DNA of 64,000 nt. Origin: Proteromonas lacertae. Lineage: Eukaryota. The notes below the pieces were generated by a model that was not told the DNA's origin, made no database searches, and saw only the letters and a program-made list of their open reading frames with translations. Location of the stretch: assembly GCA_002245135.1 (NCBI GenBank), contig NGBS01001165.1, positions 186,001-250,000 on the forward strand, read 5' to 3'. This document shows, one piece after another, positions 13,647-26,742 of this stretch. Position numbers and translations under genes: made by a program. Within the stretch, counting starts at the first letter, position 1, and every line of letters begins with the position of its first letter.

Positions 13647-15088
13647 CTAAACATTTAAAGGATGTAACTGTGATTCTAAATCTAAAGCACCATCTGTTCC
13701 ACTTCTGCCTCTAGTTTGAGTAACTGTAACAATTGACGATCTTGTGGATTCTTTACCACTCTTACTACTATTCCCTTTCTCTTCTAATACTACCATTCCA
13801 CCTTGAGTAATAACATCGTTTCTAATCAAATCACTCAATCCTTCTCCTCTTTCACTTATAATGATATTCTGACTCATTCTATCACTTTTAACTGTAGATG
13901 CAATAATTGTAGTATCTTCACAGGATGGTTTAATGATCTTAGTACTACACGATGAAGATGATTGTCTTCGATTGGTATTATGAGAGATGGATAATGGTTT
14001 AATATTCATATTATTCATATAATTATTGCTCTCATCTATTCTTAACTTACAATAAGGTGGATTTGCTATTCTACAGTATGTTTTAACTAGCATTTCTATC
14101 CTTGAAGTATTCATGTTGCTGTTGTTGTTGTTGCTGCTAATGCAATTATTATAACAATAATAATCATCACTAATAAAACCACTACCACTATTTCTCGTCA
14201 TTCTTTTACTACTGTTTTGATTGTTATTGTTCTTATCGATTGATGATGATAATGAACATTTATGATTGGTGATTTCATCTGCTGTTAATATATAATCATA
14301 CTTATAAGGATTACCAAATTCACTAAATAATGAATGAATATATTTCACACACGATAGAGTAGGGTAAGAATGATGAATTTCATAGTAATTACGAATTTCA
14401 TTTATATTGGTGTGTCTATACATTATATTGTAATATTGCCTGATTGTAAAGACGGAACTACGGTATTGATTTCGGATAGATTCTAATGGAGCAAATAAAT
14501 CTGGGATTATTTGATCTAATGCTAGAAATTGTTCGAATGTGATGAATGAACTTCGTTTTCCACTTACTACATCAATAGCATTTAGTATAATATTATCATC
14601 TATTGAACATTCTATTATTGACTTAAAATAGAGTATCTGCACCTTCGTAATTGGAGTAAATGGTGAAATGTGACAAGTGGATAGTAATACTAAAAACAAA
14701 TATAGTTATAATGATACATTGATAGTAAAAAGGTCTTGGCATGAGAGTTAAAAAGCAAATATACACAAAAAACTCATCATATGATAATTCTTTCTCTATA
14801 GATATAACTATAATGTGATATACTGAATGCAGAAGATAAAAGCAGTGGGATTTTCTTTTTGGGTGACACGTAACTGAGAAAAGTTTCAATATCAATTGTA
14901 TCACTAGGGATTTAATAAAACGGAAACAATACTTATGTGTTAGAAAAAAATTGAATATTGAATCTATCTTGTCCACCTCTGCATTGTTTACTAGAGAAAA
15001 ATAAAAACAACCATTAGATAATACATGAAAAAAACTTCGCCAGATATAAAGCATCACCTCGCAGAGCGTGTACTATGTTTATAGGCAT
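13647..15088 (-). CDS. Hypothetical protein with degenerate EF-hand-like N-terminal region and Ser/Asn-rich tail
   Basis: ATG at 15088 (MPINIVHALRG), four short introns. EF-hand-like segments: DTIDIETFL, KELSYDEFF, IDVVSGKRSSFITFEQFL. Confidence 0.45.
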
Positions 15089-15235
15089 GTATATTCACTA
15101 CGTTGTTTAAATGATTATTATAACGATTATTAAAATACAGAACTTTCTAGACTTTTCTTAATTCAAAATTTAAAATTTTCGCTTTTAGATCTTTTCGTTG
15201 TTCATCAAAGGGTGTTGTTAAAACATTTACGGTTT

Positions 15236-15645
<410 letters not shown>

Positions 15646-15875
15646 TGTAAGTTAATAATGTAATAATATAATAGTTAATAATATAATAAATGATATTTAC
15701 TTTTAATAGGTTTTGTTTTTCATTACATAATTATTTGAATAGTTTGATTAAAAGTTTGAATTTTTGTGTAACTTATTATGTATATATAATCTGTTTATGT
15801 AAATATACTATGTAAAAACAAATAAGTTTGAATTAAGGCTTGATCAATAATTATTATTTCATTCTTTTCTGCTTT

Positions 15876-18800
15876 ATGGGCATTGGTGGATCAAAACCAA
15901 GTAAAGAAGATATAATAAAAGTGTATGGTAATTGTAATGGAAATATTTTGGATTTCGTAAAATATGTGGTTGATGATAAAGAATCAGACTTGATATCAAT
16001 AGATAGTTTTGTTATACTTTATGATTTTCTTTTGGAAATACATGAGTTTTTAAAGATTAAAGAGCTTTATAAATTAGTTACTGAATTAATTGACAAAAAC
16101 TTTAAGTATAAATTATATAATTATTAATTCATAGTAATGTAACTATTGGCAGTTTAGTGGAAATTATATACAAAGTTTTACACATCTCCTGTTTTATCTC
16201 CTTCTGAATTAACTCAATCGTTTGATTTGCTGTTTAAAATCAAGGAAAAAGATGAAAGTATGTTTAAAGAATTGATGAAGCTGGTAGCTTATCACTTTCC
16301 ATCACTCTCTAATCCAGTTATCAATGAAGATGGATAATCCAGTTACTTTAAATGGAAGATTTAAATATGAAGTAATAGAATCTCTAAATCCAAATGGTAT
16401 TTATATTAATACAAACGATAATAAACAATACAGTGTTACTAATGAGATTAAACCTATAGAAAGATATCATAGTGTTATTGATGGTGGAATGAGTATATTT
16501 TATAAGAATCTATATTATTTTGAATGTGAAAATAACAATAGTGTATAATTTATATAATATTCTTCATTCTACATAGTCGTTGAGATATGTTTTGGTTAAT
16601 GATGATTATCTGTTTATAACAGAGAAGAAAAACGATTATAAGTTAGCTGAAAGAGTGAATAAAAGTTATAATAGATTGAGATACAATGAAAATGAAATAA
16701 TGTCAAGAGACATGTTGACTTTGAGCTGCATGAAAATGCAAAGAGATAAAATACCTCTAAACAATGATATATATATTACATTTTTATTAGTATTGGAAGA
16801 ATGTGAAGAGGAAATAGAAGATGATAATGGTTTATTGATATTGAAAATAGGAAACAATGAATTGTATTACAAAAATCATGAAGTTGAAGTGAATAATAAT
16901 AATGTAGGAAGAGAAATAGAATTGGTTAATGTTGATAAACCACTTTATAGAATAAATATCTTAACAGATTTGTATGAATCAATTGAAATAAGTGGTGAAT
17001 GTAATGTTGGAAAGAATTGTAAATGCTGTGTAGGTGAATTAAGAATATTTGAAAAAGATACAATGATAAATGATTATATATTCAGTTTACCAATAATTGG
17101 AAAAGATTTAATCGATGAAAATGATATGAAGTTAAAAATAATTAATGATGTAAAAATGATGAATAGTGAAATTCACAGAAATATGTTATTGAAAGAAAGT
17201 GAGAGTATTTATAATTATGAAGATAGATATTATATAAATAAAAGAGAAATAGAAATGAGTTCTGATAAAAAATGCAGTGTAAAAATGAAGATTATAATAG
17301 AAAAAGAATGGAAAGAATTAAAGATAGTTATTGGTGTATATTAATGATTATTTCTTGTTATATAATAGAAAAATCACATTGATAAAAGATTAAATGTCAT
17401 AAGTAAAGAATCACAGAAGAAAGAATGTGTTATAATATTCAACCAACAGAAAAACCATTTTCAAATATGGAAAAATAATAAAATGTTATGTCAGGTAAGT
17501 GCGATATTAAATGAGATAGTATAAATATGAATTATTGTGAATAGTTAAACCTCGAAATTAATCCTGAATCTATAAGAATTAATTGTATGAAAGATAATGA
17601 ATCAAAGTTTGATAAATTTCAATATAATTTAGAGATAGAAAAAGCAAAGAATATAATATTGTTTACTGAGAGAAAGAATGTATTGAAAGATTATGAATTG
17701 GAAATAGAAGGGATGAACGATTGTAAGATGGAAGAAAACATATTCATTTACAATACAGAATCTGGTCCACACTCAATAATACTAACAAATATATCTTTTT
17801 ATCATTATAATAATATTATTATTTTCTTTAATGAAATATAAAAGTCAGAAACAGTTAATCATCAAGTCATAAATATAATAGATGAAAATAATAATGTCTC
17901 ATCTTTTAGAGATAAAAATGGGAAGGAATACAGAATTTATAAAGGAATAGATATAGAAGATGTTAGTTTAAATGTAGAAGTTGGAATGATTATTGAAAAG
18001 ATAGATAAATTTGGTAATAGACACAAATATGAAAGAGTTAATTTTAATGTTAATCAGAGAAGTGAGAATTTATATTTCAAGAGTAATTGGACAGTTGAAC
18101 AACTTGTTTTATTCTCATATATATCAATGAAAGATATTCTTCCTATACCTAATGATGAATATAGTAAAAGATATAAAGAATTCTATAACTCACTTGAATA
18201 TGACAATATCTATTTATCAAATAAATACAATTCTAACGTTAATCCATATGATATTTTTCACAAAATTCTTGTAGATAATGATATTTCTCACCAACCATTT
18301 GTATATAAATTGACAAATGATTCTAAATGCTTGAAATGTAACAAAGTCAATACTACTAAAGTTGAAATGGATCATATCACATTATCACATACTTATTATA
18401 AACCTATTTATGCTTTTAGAAAAATTGATAAGAATGATCATAAAAATGAAGATGAAGAAATAGTTTTTTGTGAAATGAATGGCAATGAAATTCAATCATA
18501 CTATGTTATTAATAGAAAAAAAGGATATAAACCAATTACTGGTTTATATATTATTAGAAATGATGATGGAAATTGTGAATGTTTTGAAATAGATGGTGTA
18601 TAGATTATTATTTATTTAATATAATAGACTAAAGTTGGTATAATTAGAAATGGGAAATCAGTTGTTACTAACATCTTGATAGTTCCAAATCTAGAATGTT
18701 ATAAAATACCGCCAAATTATAAACCTCTTCATCTAAAGAATTATAAAATATTAGTTCAAAAAGTAGCTATTGATTGTAATGGAAATAAATATGCTTTTGA

Positions 18801-20417
18801 TGATAAGAATAGTATCATTACTACTACTGATAAATATAAAGACTATTCTCCAACATTAATTGATGTTAAGTTTGATAAAGTATGATATTAAGAATATATA
18901 ATTTTTAATAATAATAGAAAAAAGAAGAATTGGAAGGTTTAGAAAAATACTTTTCTAGATATAGTGATATTTTAGATATAGATATTTCAAAGACTTACAA
19001 AGTTGGTGAATATATTGTAAAGTGTTATAAGTGCAAAGTTATGAAATTGGAATGTGTGATAGATGTATATGGTGAAAAGATTTTAAACTATTTCAATGTA
19101 AAAGATAAACAAATCAAAACAATTGTATATTATTTATAATATAATGAATAGAGTTATTATATTAAAATAGAAGATGATGAATATACAGGATCTCAATATG
19201 TTGTTATGATACATATAGATAATAAATGGATGTATGGATGTTTAATAGAAGAAGCTATATATTTTGATAATGATGTTAGTAAATTGTGTTTAAAAATCAG
19301 TGAAACAGTATAATTATATATTATTGTGTTGATAATATTTAAAATAGAAAAAAAATGAATCAGTTATTCCAACTATTCCAACTATTTTAGCTGTAAATAA
19401 ACCTTATATATTAGATGGTGATTGTCAAATGATATTTGAATTTGAATCAGACGAATATGAATCATATTTATTAAAATTCACTGAAAAAGGGAAAGTTGAA
19501 TCTGATGCAATTGCTTTATACAATATCATTTTTTTATTATGATCATTATATATCTTAATACATGAAATGAAAGAAGATGAAAATAATCTTTCAATAGTAG
19601 GATCATTGAAATTCAAAACTATTGATATGAAATTTAATGAAGATAAACTAAAGGGAACATTTATGGATGAAAAAGAAGTAGAAGTATATATATGTTATTA
19701 TTATAACATTGGCTAGTTTGATCAAAACATTCTAACTCCATTATACAATAATTATACTAAAAATGAAGATAATTTCATATTTAATTCAATTGAAAAAGTA
19801 TAATGAATATATCTTTTATTAATAATATTAATAGTATGTTGAATGTAATTCATTTTCAGTAGAAGAAATAGCAAAAGCTTCACTTCATGTAAGATTTGAG
19901 AATAAAAGATGTGAATGTCATTCATATATAATGAAAACAAGTATAAAAATAACCTTCTATTGATTTAGCTGAAGTAGAAGAACCAACAATTACAGTAGTA
20001 GATTTATCAAATAGTGAAATTGATATGAAATATGCAGTATCTATTCTATGTTTATTATCTTAGCCATTTACTTATGAAACATCAAAATTAGTTTCAATAA
20101 TACTACACAAAGAATATGATAATACAAATATTGGATTATTTTTTGGATATACAAATAATGAATTTATTATTTTCAGAGATAAAGAAATATTGAGTGAAAA
20201 GAATGAGAATTTGACATATTATCTATCTTCGTTAAGAACTAAAGAATATTATCCTGTATTTGTAATATATCGAAAAGAGGCAAAGCAATATGATGATGGT
20301 GATAATGAGATAGGATTTAAAGAAGAAGGATTTGAAGAATTATATAGAGATTTGTGCAAGTATTATACTGTTGATAATATATTGATTAATGACTATAAAA
20401 ATGAAAATTACAAATGA
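15876..20417 (+). CDS. Large multi-exon hypothetical protein (possible N-myristoylation; CxxC motifs; weak USP-like segments)
   Basis: Chain of + strand ORFs separated by 28-50 nt GT-AG introns. Starts MGIGGSK. Two 1-nt frameshifts near 16185 and 16332 are needed for continuity. Function unclear. Confidence 0.5.
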
Positions 20418-20537
20418 TTATAAAATTATTACTCATTGAATGTATTTGGTTATGTCTAAAATAGCAAAAATACAAAAATAAGAAACGAATATATTTCTAT
20501 TTCTACGTTTCTACTAAAATCTTAAAATTCATTTTAA

Positions 20538-22414
20538 ATGATTCCCAGTTTAAGTCGTTATTCTGTTGCATTTTCTGTATTTATGTGTTGATCTAAATAC
20601 CTAGAAATCGTTATTACGTCAGAAGAGTGAATTATTTCGATGTTTTGCTACAATACCATTCAATTTGACAGATATTGGTGAAGGAATTACAGAAGTAGAA
20701 ATCATGAAATGGTTAGTAAAACCTGGTCAAAAGATAGCTCAATTTGATCCAATAGCTGAAGTTCAAAGTGATAAAGCTACTGTGACAATATCCTCACGAT
20801 TTGATGGAACTGTGACAAAACTAGAATATAAACAAGGAGATGTAGCTCAAGTTGGCAAACCACTTATTTATATGGATGTATATATATATTGATATTAATA
20901 TAATAGACTGAAGGTGGAGCAGAAGGTGCAACACCAAAACAAGAAGAAAAACCATCTCAATCAACTCCAGCACCACATCCTCCATCTCCCGCTGTAGCTG
21001 CTCCATCAGGAGGTAGTGGAGTTAAGAATATTCCATTTATATTAGCAGATATTGGTGAAGGAATTACAGAAGTTGAAGTAATGAAATGGTTAGTAAAACC
21101 TGGTCAAAAGATAGCTCAATTTGATCCAATAGCTGAAGTTCAAAGTGATAAAGCTACTGTGACAATATCCTCACGATTTGATGGAACTGTGACAAAACTA
21201 GAATATAAACAAGGAGATGTAGCTCAAGTTGGCAAACCACTTATTTATATGGATGTATATATATATATTGATATTATTTTCTATTTATTTAGACTGCTAG
21301 TGGTGATGCATCTGCAGCTCCAGCAGCAGAAAAACCAACAGAAGCTGCTGTTCCAAATCCATCATCCTCTCCCTCATGTCGTACTAGTGGTAATAAAGCC
21401 TCAACAGCCAGTGAAAATAAGACAGGTAAAGTCCTAACAACACCAGCAGTAAGAGCCATTGCTCGTCATAACAATATTGATTTAACTAAAGTTACACCAA
21501 CTGGTAAAGGAGGAAGAATAATGAAAGAGGATATAATGAATTATATGAATAATAAACAACCAGCAGCTTCAACTTCATCATCATCAACTGAAACTCCAGT
21601 TACATCATCTTCTGTTGGTAGTTCAACTCCAAATATCGTTAGTGGTAAAGACAGAGTTGAAAAGATCTCAGGAATAAGAAAAATGATGACTAAATCGATG
21701 ACAGAATCACTTTCAATTCCACATTTAGGATACAATGAAGAAGTAGAAATGAATGAATTAACTAAAATCAGAAAAGGATTAAAAGAATGGTCTAAACAAC
21801 ACAATGTTAAAATATCATATATGCCATTCATAGTAAAAGCAGCAAGTATGGCATTAAACGAATTCCCAATCGTTAATTCATCAGTGAATAAAGAATGTAC
21901 AGAAATAATATATCATCCTTATCATAATATTGGAATTGCAATGGATACTCCAAGAGGTTTAATCGTTCCTTGTGTTAAGAATTGTGAGCAAAAATCAATT
22001 GTTGAAATTGCTAAAGATATTAATAATTTACAAGCTTTAGGCTCGCAGAATAAGTTAGGACCAAATGAGTTATCGAATGTTACATTTACGTATTTTATAT
22101 ATTATTTATTGTATAGATTATCGAATATTGGTACAATTGGTGGAACTTATGCATTTCCATTAATTACTCCTCCACAAGTGGCAATTATTGCTTTAGGAAA
22201 GATACAAAAGTTACCAAGATTTGATAAAGAAGGAAAAGTTATCAGTACAGAAATAATGGATGTATATAATATTAATATTTATTATATATTATATAAATAG
22301 ATAAGTTTATCAGCTGATCATAGAATCATTGATGGAGCAACAATTGCTAGATTCTTCCAAAGTATGAAAGGTTTTATGGAAAATCCAATGAGTTTATTGA
22401 CTATGTTAAGATAA
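20538..22414 (+). CDS. DBT: Dihydrolipoamide branched-chain acyltransferase (BCKDH E2) with two lipoyl domains and a mitochondrial/MRO-type presequence
   Basis: Presequence [20 protein letters not shown]. Two lipoyl domains (DIGEGITE...[17 protein letters not shown]). E3-binding domain [10 protein letters not shown]...[12 protein letters not shown]. Catalytic LSNIGTIGG and [10 protein letters not shown]. Stop at 22412-22414. Confidence 0.92.
20704..21255 (+). repeat. Intragenic direct repeat: lipoyl-domain exon duplicated (20704-~20888 and 21081-~21265)
   Basis: The two copies read identically from atgaaatggttagtaaaacc through atggatgtatatatat, including synonymous sites and the start of the following intron. 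Confidence 0.95.
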
Positions 22415-22541
22415 ATTTTGATGTTAATTTGACTTTACTTTTCTATGAATATTCTTTTCTTTTTAATTTCATTTCTAACTCTAAAAAACATACAATTTCA
22501 AAAATAAAATCTAAAAACAAAATTTATTTATATATTTTCAT

Positions 22542-23899
22542 TTAATTCTTTCTAAAACTTGGACTAGGAGATGGAACAACTTCTAAACCTAACAATTTAT
22601 TCAATTGCATAACCAATTCAAGCAATTCTTCTCTACTTTTCAATCCATTAATCGATCCAGGAGTTGATGAGTGTAAAGAAGGAAGAGATTTATTCATTAA
22701 TTCTTCAGATTCATCAACAAAAGACTATCCAAAATAATAAAACAAATATATATATAGATATATAAAATACACTTAAATTCTTTGGAGCACTTGAACTAGG
22801 TTCCATTTTACTGGAAATTGGTTTCATTTTCTTTGTATTATTATTTCTCGCTGAAAACTTATTTGCTGATTCTAATAAAGAAGCTCTATCAATCATATTC
22901 CTCTCACTATTTGCATCTTTCTCTAATTCATTGAATATTTCATTTTTATAACGTGGATAAGCATCTAATGATTCATCTAAATGATCTCTATCTATTGTTC
23001 TAATGTTACTATAAGTTTGACTTGTTATTATTATAGGACATTCTTGTGGATTTAACATAAATAAAGCACCAAAATAAGAGTTACTGTTATATTCCTTGAT
23101 TAATCTTCCATTTTTAGTATACAATGACATAATTCCTTTTGAAACGATAAAGATTTGATCTACCCAAGCCTGATAAGGTGTAATAATTTCATTTGGAGCA
23201 TAATAATATTCTTCAATATTCTGTAATATACTCATTATAAAATATTGATCCGTCAACTGCAAAAACTTCACCGAACTAACAACTTGTTTATTTACTTGTA
23301 AAATAATTTCCATTCTTAGTGGAGGAGGTAATTCATTTAATATTTGCCTTTCATTTTCAAAATCTGATTTCCAATTTCTATTACTGTATTTCTCTCGATA
23401 GAACGTTCTAACTTCAGCTTTGATATGTGAGGGGAATGTTTCTGAATTTTAAATATTTGTTTATTTTATCATATTGACTTTGTCTTATTCTCTATAAATA
23501 AATAACAATAAGTATAAGAAAAAAATAGAAAAAAAATAATAGTTATATATATACATACCATAGTTTTTTGTCTTCTTTTCACAATACTAATCAAAGATGA
23601 CAAAATATACGCATATAACATTGTTCCTAAAGACATACAAAATAAACTATAAAACCTTTCAGGTGTAGATTGACCTGTTAAATCACCATAACCAATTGTA
23701 GTTATCGTTTCCATCGCCCAATAAACCACAGTTACATAATTATCAAATGGTGGTGCTTCTGCTACTCCTGCTTCTTCTAAGATAGTGGGTAAACCTAAAT
23801 TGCGTGAGTAACCTGAAACCATAAATAATACACAACCACAGATGTGTAATATCCATAATACTTGGATAAATAATACACAAAACTATATATACATAATAA

Positions 23900-23937
<38 letters not shown>

Positions 23938-24848
23938 TTGCAATGAATGTCTAGTATCATATAATGATGGAAATTTCGTTAATAAATGTGAAATCTGATT
24001 GGTTACTTTCAATTTAATTATTTTAACCTAAATTTATATATCTTAATAACAATATAAAATCAGGTTCTCTCCATGCTTGAGTATCACTTGGATAATATTT
24101 ATGAATATGCAAAAACATATTCATTGGTATAACTGATAATATGTCAATAAATAACCATGATTTTACATAGTGTTTTCGTACTTTATTCTTATCCATTTCT
24201 ATACTTCCACCATGATGGTGAATACCTGTGTTAAACCAGAGGAATATATCGAATAAATATGTTCAATGTTACAACTAATTCCCATAAAAATTCAACTGTT
24301 GAATAATGATTATCGGTAAATGAAACGACATAAGGGACTGTATAGGAATAAATGATTATTACGAAGGAGAGATATATGTTGAAAAATACAAATAGTTTTG
24401 AATGAGGATGAAATATCACTTTTTTACCTTCTGCAACCTATTATTGTTATGATATATATATATACTCTTGGAGCTGATGATAAATCATCTTTTGGCTTAT
24501 ATTCATCGGAAGAACCTGGAATGAAAAAATTGACATTTGAATTTTCAAACATTTTAGCATCTAGTTTGTATTGCTCTTTTCTGTTGAATTCTTTATCAAT
24601 GGTCCCACCTATGCAGCTAAGTAAAAAACATTCATACTTCTAAAAAATGCAGGAGTAGAAGGTTCTAATTAATAAAAGTAAGTAAATATACCATCACTAT
24701 CATGTCTTTTCATAAAAGAAAGATCATTGACACTATATGACCTTTCATGAGTCTTTTTACCTTTGATCCCCTTTTCTAAATCTGAAGCTGATAGCACAGA
24801 ATTCTTTTCACTATACGAATTAAGCAATGGTATCTTAGTTTCATCCAT
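22542..24848 (-). CDS. 6TM voltage-gated K+ channel with cyclic-nucleotide-binding domain (KCNH/HCN/CNG-like)
   Basis: Contains IFHPHSK, WLFIDILSVIP, pore YWAMETITTIGYGD, and a C-linker plus CNBD (YYAPNEII...IFIVSKG...SYFGAL). Needs two 1-nt corrections (24027-24028 and 23431-23434). Confidence 0.88.
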
Positions 24849-24947
24849 TTCTTTTGTGTTGGATTGAAAATGCTTGATTTTGCAGTTTGAAGATTTTCAG
24901 TCCACACATAGTAATAAAAAAATTAGATTAAAATTATAACAGCAACA

Positions 24948-26628
24948 TTAATTAGTTTTAAGCTTCATCACATGAGTAGTCTTTACAGAAGGTATTTTAT
25001 CTGGATTTGGCAAAACTATTGTAGATGACAAATCAGTGTCATCCGTTGGATCTATTCATAAAATAATATATTAATAACAATACGATCATTAATATATTTA
25101 TTGAGGTAATTCAATTGAATAGAGAAAAAGGGCTGAAAAGCAATAAAAACGGATGAAAAAAAATGAATTTCAATAATTGCTAAAAACATTTTTGTAATCC
25201 ACGAATCATTCCAACCAAAGGTTAACATCTATTAAAATATACATTATATATATACAGTAATAATTTGAAAAATAATAGGCATAACAATATATATCATAAA
25301 ACTCACTCTCAACATATCAACAAATGCTATATACTTATATAAAACAGCAATTTCAGTACACCACCTTTCATGATAGGCTTCAATTGATAATGACTATAAA
25401 TATAAATATAAATAATAATATATATATATAGTTTATACTGGTGGACCATAACAAAATATTGATAATAATTTAACAGCAACAAACAAATACAACGCAAATT
25501 CAACATGATATAAGATTGTTTGAGTATCATCTGTTAATTCATTACTTATACCAATTCTTATTATTTGAAATACAGAATATAAACATTCTATAAGTGTAAA
25601 AAATATTCCTGGCTTTTTGAACAGTATTTTTCTTACACTCTATTATATAATAATTATATGTTATACTTTATCTGAATAAGTCCTCCATCCATATGCAAAT
25701 AATCCAATGACAAAATAACTATATCCTCTGAATAATATATCAAACACATGATAACAATAAAACCAAAACGAAATTATCTTTGAATTAAGAAAGAAATAAA
25801 AATATAAATTTGTGTTAAAAATGATATATTTATCACCTTTATGTGAATAATCATAAAAATAAATAATATGAAAGAAAATTGATAAAAGGTTTATTATCAT
25901 TACAGTAACCCATATAATTGCTGGATATACTAATGGATTAGTCCTGTAACGATAAATTTAAACAATAAATTAAAGAAATACAAACATAATAAAGTGATAA
26001 ACAATAAAAACAAAAAGATATAATTTCCAACGAAAATAAGATTAATCCAAACATTATTACACAGTTCATTATATATACATATATATCATATTTATATTGA
26101 CCTGAATAATGACTTAATTCACCTGTAATGTCTGGGGACATGATTGTTACTGATCCACCTACATTAACTATATGACTATGACAATTTGTGGCAGTTATTA
26201 TGTACAAATCAGACATATTTACATTTATAAGATAATACAATTCTCTATCTACTTGAAATCTCTAATTATTCAAAAACGATAACAAGAATGAAATATACAT
26301 ATAGCGTTGGTAAGTAACAGTAATTTTCTATATTCTCAACATTAGTAAAGGATGATTGAAAGTCCCATTGGTCAATATTAAATATTTGTATCAAAGGGAG
26401 TTTTTCTTCCTAGGTACGAATTAAATATTAATCAATACTTCTGTTTTTAAACTTACTGTCAAAGAAATACTTCCTCCTTTATAGATTCCTGCTTTTACTA
26501 TCTGTTTTGTTTCATACCGTCTCAGTGCTATTAGGAATGATTAATGGATGTTTTATACCAAAATTGAAATGAACCACTTCTGCATTAAGTGGGAAAAGTA
26601 ACGACAGAAAAAAGAACAAAATATACAT
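24948..26628 (-). CDS. GOST family seven-TM protein (GPR107/GPR108/TMEM87-like)
   Basis: Signal peptide MYILFFFLSLLFPLNAE. Luminal domain ending YIITATNC...VGGSVTIMSP..GELS. TM segments include FFHIIYFYDYSHKG and IGLFAYGWRTYSDK. Many short introns. Confidence 0.6.
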
Positions 26629-26742
26629 ATTCGTTTCAAGTATGCTTCTAACACACATTATCAATTACTAATTTTACTTCTAAAATAATACACCCTTAAA
26701 CTAAAAAAAAAAGAATCTTCAAAAATCAATGTGTTAATTAAT

